A stretch of DNA of 64,000 nucleotides, counting the filler, from an uncultured Methanoregulaceae archaeon (GTDB lineage Archaea > Halobacteriota > Methanomicrobia > Methanomicrobiales > Methanospirillaceae), in NCBI GenBank assembly GCA_964530035.1. It is 8 parts of 8 records of this genome, joined end to end, with 100 filler letters (N's around TTAATTAATTAA, not from the genome) between each part and the next. Parts side by side here need not be neighbours in the genome. Positions count along the whole stretch, not along the records: positions 17,663 to 26,358 come from CAZGXZ010000109.1; positions 26,459 to 35,143 come from CAZGXZ010000110.1; 6 more parts are not named here. One strand, given 5' to 3'. A program made the translations under genes and the position numbers. The notes beneath the pieces are model-generated. The model was not told where the DNA came from. It searched no databases and worked only from the letters and a program-made list of their open reading frames with translations. Shown piece after piece: positions 22,010 through 33,071 of this stretch; position 1 is the first letter of the stretch, and every line of letters begins with the position of its first letter.

Positions 22010-22195
22010 ATCTTTTTTTTATTGTCCGTTGACGATCGAAGAGTCTTTTTTCTCTCTACTGCACACGTAGCTCCAAAAGACAGTAGTTACTGCTTATTTT
22101 TTAAAAAAATTTGATTGGTCAGAGACCCGTGTACAATACCCAATAGGTTTATTTCATACCCTATCCAAGCACCGGTACGGACCAAAGACACCTGT

Positions 22196-23509
22196 ATGGA
22201 TATAATTGAACGGCTTTTTGGCAGATCCGAACCAACGGTGCTGGATTTTTTGGAAAAAGGCGACGGACTCTGTGCAAGCGGCAGATACGAGGAAGCAATA
22301 GAGGAATACGACCGGGCAATCGCCGACAATCCCGCAGTTTCAGTACTGTGGGATCGAAAGGGGCTGGCATTTTATCAACTGGGCCGTGATGACCGGGCTA
22401 TCCGGTGTTTCGATCGTGCCATCGAGATCGACCCACGGTGCCCTGATACCTGGACCCACAAAGGAATCACGCTCCGAAGGGTTGCAGCGTCCCAGGTCAG
22501 TACCCTTGGTTATCTTAAAGCCCTAGAATCGTTCAACGAGTCGCTCACCCTCGACCCGAGGAACAGCGTTGCCCTTCATGAAAAGGGGGTAACATTATTC
22601 CTGATCGGGAAGAAGGATGAAGCGATCCGTCTTTTTGACCTCGCGCGTACCTATGACGATCATTACCAGTATCCCTGGCGATGGAGGGGCCATTATCTTT
22701 ACGACAAGGGTGATTACCGCGAGGCGCTCAAGGCATATGAAAAAGCCATCTCCATGGAACCGTCCGACGCTTCACTCCTTATTGCCAAGGGAATGACATT
22801 TACAAAACTTGACCTCCCCGATGCCGCGGTTGAGTCCTTCCAGAAAGCGCTTGACATCGACCCGGATAATATCCCTGCCTGGGAACACCTCGCAGAGGCA
22901 TTCAGGCGAAAAAAATCATTTACAGAGGCAATATCTGCGTTTGAACATGTTACTGCCCTCGACCCGAAAAATCCAAGAGTCCAGGAGCAGGTTTCAGAGA
23001 CATGGAACAGCATGGGCAACCAGTCGTTGTACAGGCTTGGCCGGTATGAGGAGGCTATCTCGCATTACGACAGGGCCATTGAATTAAATCCAAGACATTA
23101 TAACGCATGGTTCTCAAAAGGGATCGCCCTGAAAAAACTCGGAAGATATGACCGTGCTTTCGAATGTTTTACCAGGGTGGTCGAACTGGCACCGAATACC
23201 GCTGATGCCTGGTATGAGATTGCCAGATATCACCAGAGAGGCAGAAAGCTCGATAAATCCATGGCAGCATATGGGAAGGTCCTGAAACTCGACCCCTCCC
23301 ATACCGATGCATTCTATCAGCTGGGTTCCATCAACCTCATGCTCGGCAATTACCAGGAAGCGGTACGGTTTTTCACAGGTTACATACGCATTGAGCCTGA
23401 TTCAGCGATAGCCTGGTACAGCAAGGGAAAAGCACTCGAACTGCTCGGCCAGCAGGACGAGGCCTCCGCCTGTTTCGAGCGAGCAAACCGCCTCGCAGGT
23501 AGAATTTAA
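22196..23509 (+). CDS. TPR-repeat protein
   Basis: Many W..KG.AL..LGRY.EA...FDRA.E.DP repeats. Confidence 0.9.
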   Translation: MDIIERLFGRSEPTVLDFLEKGDGLCASGRYEEAIEEYDRAIADNPAVSVLWDRKGLAFYQLGRDDRAIRCFDRAIEIDPRCPDTWTHKGITLRRVAASQVSTLGYLKALESFNESLTLDPRNSVALHEKGVTLFLIGKKDEAIRLFDLARTYDDHYQYPWRWRGHYLYDKGDYREALKAYEKAISMEPSDASLLIAKGMTFTKLDLPDAAVESFQKALDIDPDNIPAWEHLAEAFRRKKSFTEAISAFEHVTALDPKNPRVQEQVSETWNSMGNQSLYRLGRYEEAISHYDRAIELNPRHYNAWFSKGIALKKLGRYDRAFECFTRVVELAPNTADAWYEIARYHQRGRKLDKSMAAYGKVLKLDPSHTDAFYQLGSINLMLGNYQEAVRFFTGYIRIEPDSAIAWYSKGKALELLGQQDEASACFERANRLAGRI

Positions 23510-23773
23510 GGGGCTTGGTCCTTTCGTTTCACAACCGGGTTTACCTGCGTACGAACATTTTTTGCGCGTTTCGTGCAAACAACTGTTTTTCTCGACGGGT
23601 AGGGTCCATGCTGCCCATCGCGGGTTATGTCCGCAGGTCTCGGGGAATACTCAATTCCCATGAACCTTCTTTAGTTTTCTTTTTCGGAACTGCACTGAAG
23701 AGAACCGGAATACCTTTATCGGGCCTCTCTTAAAAAGAACGTTATACCGGTTCATCCGGTATAAGAGGCTTTT

Positions 23774-26358
23774 ATGAGACTATCAGGTCAAGCTAGGGCT
23801 ATTTATCGAATCATATATCAACTGCGCAGGGCCCTGCCGGAAAACTGCATTCCACCATACCTTCAACCGGTTAAAAATAAAAAACCACGAGATTTCAGGA
23901 AAAAAGGCCATATCCCCTGTCCTATAATTCCTTCCACCGATCAAGCAGGATACTCCCTGAACAGGGAACTATTTCTTGCATTGATCATCCTCTCAACAAA
24001 TATCGGCCTTGTCCTTCCTTCATCAGGTGAGGCAAATCTCACTGGCTCCGTGAGCGTCACGCTTCCGTGTCCACCCCCTTCCACCGGGGAGGAGGACCTG
24101 GCGGGAAATGGAGATGGTGCCACCAATCCGCAGGACTACCCGGCATCCCGGAATTCGCAGTTCCCTGATGCCCTGCCACACCCTGAATTTGGTGTCGGAC
24201 TTGACGAAACCGCCATTACTCTAGGATTGGCCGCAGATGTCCCACCCGGATCAGGAGATACCCTCGCCAGAGTGCCAGATGACCACACAACAGAAATTTC
24301 CGGGCAGGCCGTAAACCCTCCAGGGATCCCTGCAGATGAATCCTTTCCTCCCGGGTATCTTTACTTTAGAGATGAGGATGACAGATCCGTTCATTTCCCA
24401 AAGACTGATGATACACCCGGTGACTATCCATCTTTTCCTGCCGGGGAGGAAAGCGCTCACGGGGATCCAGCCCCCTTGTCCCTGCCATCCTTGACCGGGA
24501 CAATGGAAATCTCTGATGAAAATGAACACCCCACATCTCAATCAACCGTTACCATTCCACCAGGATTACCGGGATTTTCTCAGCAGAGTGTCTATCCCGG
24601 TCCGCCTTCCCGGGGCGCGGTACATACAACCTCCCATTCCGGGGGAGATGACGAAATACCCACATCTCTCTTCCTGGGCGATGTAGAGATACCGGTTGAG
24701 GAAGCCCTACCCGAAAGTGAGGACCCCCACGCCATGGTTACTCCAACCCTTGTATCCGGGAGTTCCCTTGAAGAGGGAGGCTGGCTCCACATCACCATTC
24801 CAGGCGCATATCTCCTCCTGGCAGATATTGTCCATTCATCCCCTGTCGGTATCCTTATCGAATCATCCGGGGTCACGCTCGACGGACAGGGTCATGTCAT
24901 AACACCATGGAATGCCCCATCCGGCAGCCAGGGAATCAGTATCGCGCCTGTAAACGAAGGGAGCGTCCTGCAGGAGATCAGGGTCAGCAACCTCAGCATC
25001 CAGGGAGAGGCGACGGGTCTTGGTCTTGAATCACTTTCGGGATCCACCCTGGAGAAGATTAATATAAAGGGTAATAACGTCGGGATGAGCATCCAGGACA
25101 GTCAGGGCCTTCTGATACAGGACATTTCTGCTTCCGGGAACACTGCGGGGGCCTCGATGGTCCATTCCAGTAGCATCACCATGAACAACAGTTCATTCAC
25201 CGGATCAGTCACCGGAATACGGGTTGAGTCAGGTGAAAACGACCATCTTTCAGGCATAGCGATACATGAGTCACGAGGCAGCGGAATGGTGATCACAGGC
25301 TCAAAGAGGGAAAAAATCACATCTTCGTCAATAGACGGGGGAAGTGTAGGACTGTCAGTCCAGAACTCCGAGGCATGCTCAATAGAGGACAGCCTTATCT
25401 CAGGGACCAGCATGTTTGCCGTATCCCTGGGGACTGGACGGGACACTGCCCTGAAGGACACCATCGTTGTAAATGACCCGGGGAGCATCGGTATCCGGGC
25501 TCGTGGGGACAACACCGGTACTGTCATCGACTCATGCCAGGTATCCGGGGGGGCGTACGGTATCGTGATAGACAGAAGCACCGGGCTTTCCATCAATAAT
25601 ACCAGACTGTCCCGCATTTCATCGGATGGTATATCCATGCAGGACAGCCGGTATCCGGTTCTGCGCGGCTTGAATATTTCTGATACCGCAACAGGATTTC
25701 GTGGGCTTTCCCTCCAATCGCTGGAGTTATCTGACAGTACCATCCGGGACAGTCAGGAGGCGGTCATCGTCCAGGGCCTTCACGACGGCGCCCTGAATGG
25801 ACTCGTGGTTGATAACTGCTCTGAGAAGGGGATTTCCGTCATCTCCGCATCAGGTCTCAGCATGTCGGACAACAGGATCAACAACTCCGGAAATGGGATA
25901 TCCATCGTGAATTCCCTTGTGAACATCAGTACAAGTAAAATTACAGGGGGAGGAGTCGGTATTTCGATGCTGAATTCCCACGACGCAGTTGTACTCTCCA
26001 ACACCGTGCAGGGAGCAGGCGGCGGCATCAGCATGGTACATGGAAACAGCTCGCTTATCCTTGGAAATACCCTGTCTGAAAATACATGGTACGGTGTCTC
26101 GATCCAGGACTCACCTGGAGTTGTCCTGAGCGGCAACCGGTTTGACAACCTGAACAACACCTGGATGCCAGAGATGTCGGGTGGAGGGATTATCTGGAAT
26201 GCCACACGGGATGCAGGTGGTTTGTACACTCCGTTCCATGGTGGAAACACATGGGTTTCACCAGGGGGGGACGGCTATTCGCGGGATTGCACAGACAGAG
26301 ACCAGGATGGTTTTTGTGACACGCCATTGCCGATCCCTGGTTCGGGATATGATATGCT
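23774..26358 (+). CDS. NosD/CASH right-handed beta-helix surface protein (3'-partial, start uncertain)
   Basis: ITIPGAYLL, VTLDGQG, parallel beta-helix repeats, GGNTW...G.S..C.D.D.DGFCD; long Pro/acidic low-complexity N-terminus. Confidence 0.8.
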
Positions 26359-26458
26359 NNNNNNNNNNNNNNNNNNNNNNNNNNNNNNNNNNNNNNNNNN
26401 NNTTAATTAATTAANNNNNNNNNNNNNNNNNNNNNNNNNNNNNNNNNNNNNNNNNNNN
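26359..26458. other. Artificial contig linker
   Basis: N + TTAATTAATTAA + N. Confidence 0.98.
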
Positions 26459-27097
26459 ATCCGGACGGCTGACTTGAACAAGGCGGTCAGGGTGATTAAG
26501 GATGTCTGCAGGTCGGGTATCTGCGCCAGTACCATGATACGGTTCGAGCATTCAGGGGCAAATATTGAAGGATATGTCATTCCCGAGGGAATGACCGGTT
26601 TAATGACCATCTGTAGTACCACCCTTGACGGGCTTCTGCTCAACCGGGGGGTCCCTATGAACCCGGTGGGTGGTGGTGTAGTGGAGGTTGAGGAACGTGT
26701 CCCAAGGCGGTTCACCCATCTTATCCGATATGAATACACGACCATCGACCCGTTGCAGGTGCTGATCTCCCAGGAAATTACCTCAATTACCCGGGTGATG
26801 AAGAGTGGAAACGGTAATATCCTTGCAAACATCCGGGAATGCCACATGGAGGCTGAGCCTATCCTCGCAGGTCTGCTTGAAGATCTGTCGGGAGCTGCAT
26901 TCACCGGTATCCTTGATGTCGGGCTCCCCAATACACCCGCCCTCGGGGTCACCGTCGACCCCCAGTATTTCGGGGTTGTCGCTCTCGGAGGGACGAACCA
27001 GATGGCAGCGCTTGTTGAAAATGGAATATGGGTACAAATCAGGGCCATGAAAGGGCTTGTTGATATCGGGACGATGCAGGACGTCCTTACCTATTGA
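26459..27097 (+). CDS. NrpR-family regulator (NRD domains), 5'-partial
   Basis: TICSTTLDGLLLNRGVP..P.GGG, YEYTTIDPL, G.ILANIRE, GGTN. Confidence 0.82.
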   Translation: MRTADLNKAVRVIKDVCRSGICASTMIRFEHSGANIEGYVIPEGMTGLMTICSTTLDGLLLNRGVPMNPVGGGVVEVEERVPRRFTHLIRYEYTTIDPLQVLISQEITSITRVMKSGNGNILANIRECHMEAEPILAGLLEDLSGAAFTGILDVGLPNTPALGVTVDPQYFGVVALGGTNQMAALVENGIWVQIRAMKGLVDIGTMQDVLTY

Positions 27098-27546
27098 GGG
27101 GATTGCCCTGCATGGCTTAAAGATCACGTCCCGGGAAAAAGGTTTATTAAACCACCTGATTCAGAATAATGGGCATTTCTTCCCTCTTCATCGGTTTCCA
27201 TGCCACTCTCCCCCTGTCCTTCCATAAACATCCGATTATAAGCTGGCTGGGATGTCCCTTTCCCTCTGACCCATACAATATCAGTCCAAACGCTGGCTGG
27301 GGTTGATTAAAGGTAAATGCCTGCGAGACCGGAAAACCAATTTCCTGGAGTCACCCGGTTTTTCATGGATTTCAGTGGATGAAGTTGAAACCACTGTAAT
27401 AAAAGCGATGTATCCAGGCGATTCGCTCCTGGTCCGGCAAAGTAGGAAAAAACCGGCGATCCGGCGCTTATCTACCGGCTGGGCCGTCATCCAGCTATAG
27501 GTATATATGGTTCGCACATGATTGTTGTTATATCCGTAACAACAGG

Positions 27547-28863
27547 ATGATCGGGATGAAAAGGTGCCCTATTCTTATTGTTTTCCTCCTTATTTGGATT
27601 ATCGCAGTACCTGTCCATGCCGGAAGCAAGTATATGTCAGGTGGTCCGGAACTTACTGCTGCGATATCGGGTCCGAATGAATTCAAGCCCGGCGATACCG
27701 TTTCATTGAATATTAAGGTTGAAAACAGCGGGCTTATTTCTGTAAAATTTGCCCAGTCCGGAATCATCGAACGGGATGACCTCCCCAACACCGCGAAAAT
27801 GGTAATCGCGGATCTCGCAGCCGGTGAATCCCCGCTTGTAATAAAGTCAGACCCCCAACGCATCGGGGACATCCCTGGCGGCAAGAGTGCCCAGGCATCA
27901 TTCCTGATTAAGATTCCCTCTGAAACCCCCGGGGGGACGTTCAGTCTTCCCCTTCACCTTTCGTACACTTATCTTGCAATGGCAGAACAGGAAGGCCAGG
28001 ACAATGTCCAGTATATTTACAAGGTGAAGGAGACGACCCTCGATCTCCCGTTCAGGGTCAGGCCCGTGGCAGCACTGACGGTCCTTTCCGTCACCCCTGA
28101 GCAGCTCAATGTAGGGACGGAAGGCTATGTGACACTCCAGATCCGTAATACCGGGTCTGAACCGGCAAGAAAGGCAGTAATAAAAATAACCCGGAATGGA
28201 AACAGTCCCGTGATCCCCACGGATAGCAGTGTTTACATCGGGGAATACCCTGACGGCGCCACTATCACCCCCCGCTTCAAGGTATCGGTTTCGTCTGATG
28301 CAGAAGGCCAGACCTATCCCCTCGATGTTGCCCTCATCTATGAGAACAGCGAGGGAGACATGGCAACCTCGGAAATAGTCACGGTAGGCGTCCCTGTTGG
28401 AGGAAAGATCTCCTTTGTCGTTTCTTCGCCCCCCTCGGCAGTTACCCCGGGATCAAAGCGTGTTATCGATGTTGTCTATAAGAATACCGGGAATGCAACA
28501 GTATTCAATGCCCAGGCCAGGATCAGCGCCGTGGACCCGTTTACCAGCAACGATGACACCGCGTATCTCGGTGATCTCGCAGCTGGTGAGAGTGCCGTTG
28601 CCCATTTTGAAATCAGTACTGAAAAAAGTGCAGTTCTCAAGGATTACGGCCTCGACTCCGAGGTGAGGTACCGGGACTCACTGAATAACAGCCAGATTTC
28701 GGATACCCTGAAGGTAAGGGTTTCTGTGGTCCAGAGACTGGATTCAGATACGGATTACCTTAATTATGTCTGGGTAGCCCTGCTGGTAGCAGTCCTTGCG
28801 GGTTTTGGTTACTGGTGGTTTTTTAGGAGAACAAAAGGGAGAAAACCAGGCGGTCCTGCATAA
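27547..28863 (+). CDS. S-layer-domain (COG1361-like) membrane-anchored protein
   Basis: Signal peptide; Ig-like repeats (Y.NTG...AQARISAVDPFTSNDDTAYLGDL); C-terminal TM plus basic tail. Confidence 0.8.
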   Translation: MIGMKRCPILIVFLLIWIIAVPVHAGSKYMSGGPELTAAISGPNEFKPGDTVSLNIKVENSGLISVKFAQSGIIERDDLPNTAKMVIADLAAGESPLVIKSDPQRIGDIPGGKSAQASFLIKIPSETPGGTFSLPLHLSYTYLAMAEQEGQDNVQYIYKVKETTLDLPFRVRPVAALTVLSVTPEQLNVGTEGYVTLQIRNTGSEPARKAVIKITRNGNSPVIPTDSSVYIGEYPDGATITPRFKVSVSSDAEGQTYPLDVALIYENSEGDMATSEIVTVGVPVGGKISFVVSSPPSAVTPGSKRVIDVVYKNTGNATVFNAQARISAVDPFTSNDDTAYLGDLAAGESAVAHFEISTEKSAVLKDYGLDSEVRYRDSLNNSQISDTLKVRVSVVQRLDSDTDYLNYVWVALLVAVLAGFGYWWFFRRTKGRKPGGPA

Positions 28864-28873
28864 TTGCCTGGCA

Positions 28874-29626
28874 TCATCTGTCTTTTTGATACAGGAGAGA
28901 GATGGCTGGCCGGCGCTTGTGCTCATTTTTTTTCAGGCGTTCGATAACGACCCTTTCATCATCTGATGTGGGATTGACACTGCCGTTTTCCAGAAACCGC
29001 AGGGCTTTGTCTATCCTTTCATATGCCATTCCGAGCTCCCCCTCATCCGTCTGCCCTGCCCACAGACCCGCGGAAGGTTTTTTTGAAAGAATTGGTCCCG
29101 GGATACCCACTTCCCGTGCAAGTGAGTACACCTCGTCCTTCTGGAGGTGGAGAATCGGTTGGATGTCGGCTGCATTGTCTCCCCATTTTGTACAGTAACC
29201 GAGCAGGTATTCTGTCTTATTTGATGTACCACAGACCAGCCTTCCGTCCCGGTTTGCATAATAATACAGGATGGCCATGCGGGTCCGTGCCGCCAGGTTC
29301 CCGATGAGATACGGGGTTTCAATATACCCCGGAAGTATCCGGTGAGCATCGATTATCCGGTCTATAGGGATGATGCTGTGCTGCATTCCCAGCACCTGGC
29401 AGAGGGTAATGGCATCGGAGACATCCCCTTCCGGCGTGACTTTCGTGGGCATGGTGATACCGAGAACCCGGTCAGGAGGGATGGCCCTGCAGCACATGGC
29501 AGCTGCAAGGGCGGAATCAACCCCGCCGCTTATCCCGATCACGATACCGTTGCACCCTGAGTTCCAGACGGCATAACGGATCATCTGTTCAATCCGTCCG
29601 AGGAAGCAGCCGATCTCCTCATCCAT
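28874..29626 (-). CDS. nadE: NH3-dependent NAD+ synthetase
   Basis: ISGGVDSA, GNLAARTRM, GTSNKTE, K.PSAGLW.GQTDE. Confidence 0.95.
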   Translation of the reverse strand: MDEEIGCFLGRIEQMIRYAVWNSGCNGIVIGISGGVDSALAAAMCCRAIPPDRVLGITMPTKVTPEGDVSDAITLCQVLGMQHSIIPIDRIIDAHRILPGYIETPYLIGNLAARTRMAILYYYANRDGRLVCGTSNKTEYLLGYCTKWGDNAADIQPILHLQKDEVYSLAREVGIPGPILSKKPSAGLWAGQTDEGELGMAYERIDKALRFLENGSVNPTSDDERVVIERLKKNEHKRRPAISLLYQKDR

Positions 29627-29635
29627 GTTTATAAC

Positions 29636-31306
29636 TCAGAGGGATAGTACCTTTTTAAGGCTCTCCCTGCTCCCCATCACGTAGAGAAGACACCCCGTAC
29701 CGCAAAGGGTATCAGGTGCAGGAAAAACCAACCCTGTCCCATCCTGTTCGATACCCAGGATGCGGGCACCTGTCTTCCTGGCTAGCCACCCGCTACTGAC
29801 GGCAGACTTCCGCATGAAACGCCGCAGGAGGATCATCTCCCCGTTCGGGAGGTCAAAAAGGATGCGTGCCTCATCAGAAAGTACAATTTTACCAATAACC
29901 TGCCCTCCGATTGCCGGTAGCAAGGCTACGTAATCTGCACCGGCACGGTATAATTTGTCAACAGATGCCGGTTCATTGGCACGGGCCAGGATACGCATCG
30001 AGGGATTCATCCCCCAGGTCATAAGGGTGGAAAATATATTGACATCATCATCATTCAGCGCTATGATTGCAAACTGCGCATCTTCAATGCCGGCAGCCTT
30101 CAATACATGCTCGTCCTCTGCATTCCCGACAACTTCAGGGACATTATGGGATTTCTGGTCGATGACCATGCCCTTTACTCCAAGACGGGACAGTTCATCG
30201 AATGCTGACCTCCCAACATCCCCAAAACCTGCAATCACTGCCTTGTGATCGCCTGAACCTTTTGGGGTGAACTCGGTTTCAACGAGGTGTACAACGTTGT
30301 TCGCGGGACCGATAAGAAAAAGAAGCATCGAGGTATCAATGGTCTCTTCTCCGGAAAACGGACTGACGATCTCACCGCCCCTGATGAGAAGGATGCAACC
30401 GAACCCATATTTCCCCATGAGATCGAGGTCGGATACCTTTTTTCCAAGGGCGTGGGACCCCGGCACGATGGGGACCGGCATGACAACCAGGTTGCCCTTG
30501 TCCTGCCAGGTCTCCTCTATCAGCCGGTCGATTGCATCGTTTTCCTCAAGGTCCCCAAGGTCGGATATCAGGGCTGCATACCGGGCAAGCATGCGGCCGG
30601 TGAGGTTCTTTGGGGATAGGACGTATTCTGCCCCTGCATACCTGAGGTATCGTTCAAGTGACAGCTTGTCGACAACAACGATGATCCTGGCATGCGTCAT
30701 CTCCCTGATCCCGAGGATGATGTTCGCTGCTGTCCGCTCTTCCAGCGATATAATCACATCCCGCGAATTTGTAACCCAGGCTGATTTCCATGTTGCCTGA
30801 TCGGTGTAATTCCCCCAGATCACATAGGCACGTCTCCGGTATTTTACAGCGCATTCCATGGCCCGTGTCTCATCAGATTCTATCAGGAGAATCTCATGGT
30901 CGGAGATCATCAGGCTTTCAAGGAGAAACCGTGTGAGTTCGTTGTACCCGAAAATGATAATGTGATGGTGCAGTTCGTGGGGAGGTGACTGGGCAGGCGT
31001 TGGATGGACAAGGGAACTGAAATAGGGGAGGAGGAGGACCGGGATCATCATGAAGATCATGATAATACCGGTCACCATGATCATGATGGAGAGATAGGTC
31101 ATCTCACTGCTCTGGAAGGGTAGTATCTCTCCGTAACCCGTTGTTGTTATCGTTTCCATGACGAAAAGGAGCGATTTGTCCCACGCAATGGCTTTCCCCT
31201 CAAAAAACGGGTAGAAATGGTGAAACATAAGGGTATAAAGGATGACCTGCACAAGGAAGGCACCCAGATAAAGCGCTATCCGGATATCGGAGGAGCTCTT
31301 TATCAC
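29636..31306 (-). CDS. Potassium channel with tandem RCK (TrkA-N/C) domains
   Basis: Selectivity filter TITTTGYG; IIFGYNELT and IAGFGDVG Rossmann motifs. Confidence 0.9.
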   Translation of the reverse strand: MIKSSSDIRIALYLGAFLVQVILYTLMFHHFYPFFEGKAIAWDKSLLFVMETITTTGYGEILPFQSSEMTYLSIMIMVTGIIMIFMMIPVLLLPYFSSLVHPTPAQSPPHELHHHIIIFGYNELTRFLLESLMISDHEILLIESDETRAMECAVKYRRRAYVIWGNYTDQATWKSAWVTNSRDVIISLEERTAANIILGIREMTHARIIVVVDKLSLERYLRYAGAEYVLSPKNLTGRMLARYAALISDLGDLEENDAIDRLIEETWQDKGNLVVMPVPIVPGSHALGKKVSDLDLMGKYGFGCILLIRGGEIVSPFSGEETIDTSMLLFLIGPANNVVHLVETEFTPKGSGDHKAVIAGFGDVGRSAFDELSRLGVKGMVIDQKSHNVPEVVGNAEDEHVLKAAGIEDAQFAIIALNDDDVNIFSTLMTWGMNPSMRILARANEPASVDKLYRAGADYVALLPAIGGQVIGKIVLSDEARILFDLPNGEMILLRRFMRKSAVSSGWLARKTGARILGIEQDGTGLVFPAPDTLCGTGCLLYVMGSRESLKKVLSL

Positions 31307-31340
31307 TCTCCATGCCGCACCCCGCTTGTCCCGTATCTTG

Positions 31341-32168
31341 TCACGCAGGAGGGATCACCCCGTTGCCGGCCTCAGTCGTTGGGCGTGATATCCATTGAGA
31401 GTCTGGGTTTAAACACTGTTCCGGGGCTTTGCTGCTTGCAAAACAGTCATGACCCTCCTCCCAGATCCTCATGAGTGCATAATATGTCGATGGGTGACGC
31501 TCCTGGAAACCCGGCAGGCCTGGAGGCCCTGGGAGATCCATGGGTTCCGGTGAAAAAACCTCCTTTCCTACAAGATAATGCCCATAAATTCGAGCTTCTT
31601 CAGTCCTGATCCCCATGAGGGGGGTCATTATCCTTCCTTGATAACCCGGGCATAGGTAGCTCCGTCTTTTTGCTGATTGAAGCCCAAAAAAAACATCGAA
31701 TATCGAGGATGCAACATCATCAAGGGTGTCAGGAACGGCAACCTTTGTACAGCCATGTTCATCAGCCAGTTTCTCCAGCCAATCAGTATCCCCGGGTGCT
31801 TCATCCTCCTCGCTGTACCCGGATTCAGATAGAATGACCGAATAGTTATTGATACGAGCCACGTTGGTGGCATATGATTTAAATACCGCATCAGGGTGAT
31901 CATTCACCGGGATATAAATCGAAACCTGCATATCCTTCCTCTGACGGCACACACCTGTCAGTATATCAAGCAGGGTGACAGACATGGCATCGGGTCGAAA
32001 AAAAATGCCAATATGGTCTCCTTTCTGGATAAACATGTGTTTCCGGATTGTCCGTCTCGCCTTGGCATGGACATCCCTGCCGAGATGGGACTCGCATAGA
32101 TAAAGACCAGAATAAGGTTGATAAACGACAAAATCACGTTTGCAATGGCTGCAATGACACCTGGTCAT
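31341..32168 (-). CDS. Divergent TtuA/NcsA(CTU1)-like protein with a degenerate PP-loop
   Basis: N-terminal C..C...QPYSG.YLC..H, A..G.TKVA...TLDD.A and PL motifs; SGGKDS is absent. Confidence 0.65.
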   Translation of the reverse strand: MTRCHCSHCKRDFVVYQPYSGLYLCESHLGRDVHAKARRTIRKHMFIQKGDHIGIFFRPDAMSVTLLDILTGVCRQRKDMQVSIYIPVNDHPDAVFKSYATNVARINNYSVILSESGYSEEDEAPGDTDWLEKLADEHGCTKVAVPDTLDDVASSIFDVFFGLQSAKRRSYLCPGYQGRIMTPLMGIRTEEARIYGHYLVGKEVFSPEPMDLPGPPGLPGFQERHPSTYYALMRIWEEGHDCFASSKAPEQCLNPDSQWISRPTTEAGNGVIPPA

Positions 32169-32213
32169 CAGATTAACCTTTATCATCTGGCTACATAAAA
32201 GGTGTTAGGGACG

Positions 32214-33071
32214 ATGCGAATTTCAGGCGAAGATGTCAGGAATCTTCATCAGTACGAACTGAAGGTCCTGCATATCATCGAGAGGCTCATGCAGAGATAC
32301 GACTGGGTGCCACGGGATCTGATCACCAGGAGCTCAGGGTATTCGGAAGGGGAGACGGGATACCGTCTCGGGCAGTTGCTTGAGAAAGGGTTCATTAAAT
32401 TCGAGGCCGTTCCCTACGAGGGCTACGCTCTTGTATTCGCCGGATATGATGTCATTGCACTCAGAAGCCTTGCATCAAAGGATATTGTCTCATCACTGGG
32501 CCCTTTTATCGGTGAAGGAAAGGAGTCGGTAGTCTATGAAGCCCTGGGCCTTGGGCCGCTGGCCATCAAGCTGCACCGTATCGGCCAGAGAGCATTCCGC
32601 CAGGTTCGGATTAAACGAGAGTACCTCCCGAGGGACGGGCACTGTCCGTGGCTGTTCGCATCGCATTACTCTGCGCAAAGGGAGTATGACGCCTTGAAAA
32701 AACTGGTAACCACCGTGAATGTGCCAGTTCCCATCGGTATAAACCGTCATGCTGTAGTGATGTCCTATCTTGAGGGCATTCCTTTGAACCGTGTCACCCT
32801 TTCGGATCCTCAGGAGGTCCTGACCTCGGTCCTTGACGAGATACGGAAGTCCTTTCAGCTCGGTGTAATCCATGGTGATTTAAGTGAATACAATGTCCTC
32901 GTGGACAAAGACAGGGTTTACCTCATCGACTGGCCACAATGGATAGAAACCCGGCACCAGAACGCACCGGCGTTTCTTGAACATGACATCAGGACAATCC
33001 TGGGTTTTTTCAAGAAAAAATACCGGATGGATGTCCTATATGAAAAGGCGATGGAACAGGTATCGCAGTGA
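32214..33071 (+). CDS. rio2: RIO2-type Ser/Thr kinase
   Basis: N-terminal wHTH, IGEGKESVVY, IHGDLSEYNV, IDWPQW. Confidence 0.92.
   Translation: MRISGEDVRNLHQYELKVLHIIERLMQRYDWVPRDLITRSSGYSEGETGYRLGQLLEKGFIKFEAVPYEGYALVFAGYDVIALRSLASKDIVSSLGPFIGEGKESVVYEALGLGPLAIKLHRIGQRAFRQVRIKREYLPRDGHCPWLFASHYSAQREYDALKKLVTTVNVPVPIGINRHAVVMSYLEGIPLNRVTLSDPQEVLTSVLDEIRKSFQLGVIHGDLSEYNVLVDKDRVYLIDWPQWIETRHQNAPAFLEHDIRTILGFFKKKYRMDVLYEKAMEQVSQ

Noticed and set aside
27098..27546. tRNA or ncRNA in the 450-bp intergenic region
   Set aside because: Only short scattered hairpins and no T-loop or cloverleaf; no tRNA or rRNA was recognised in the window by eye
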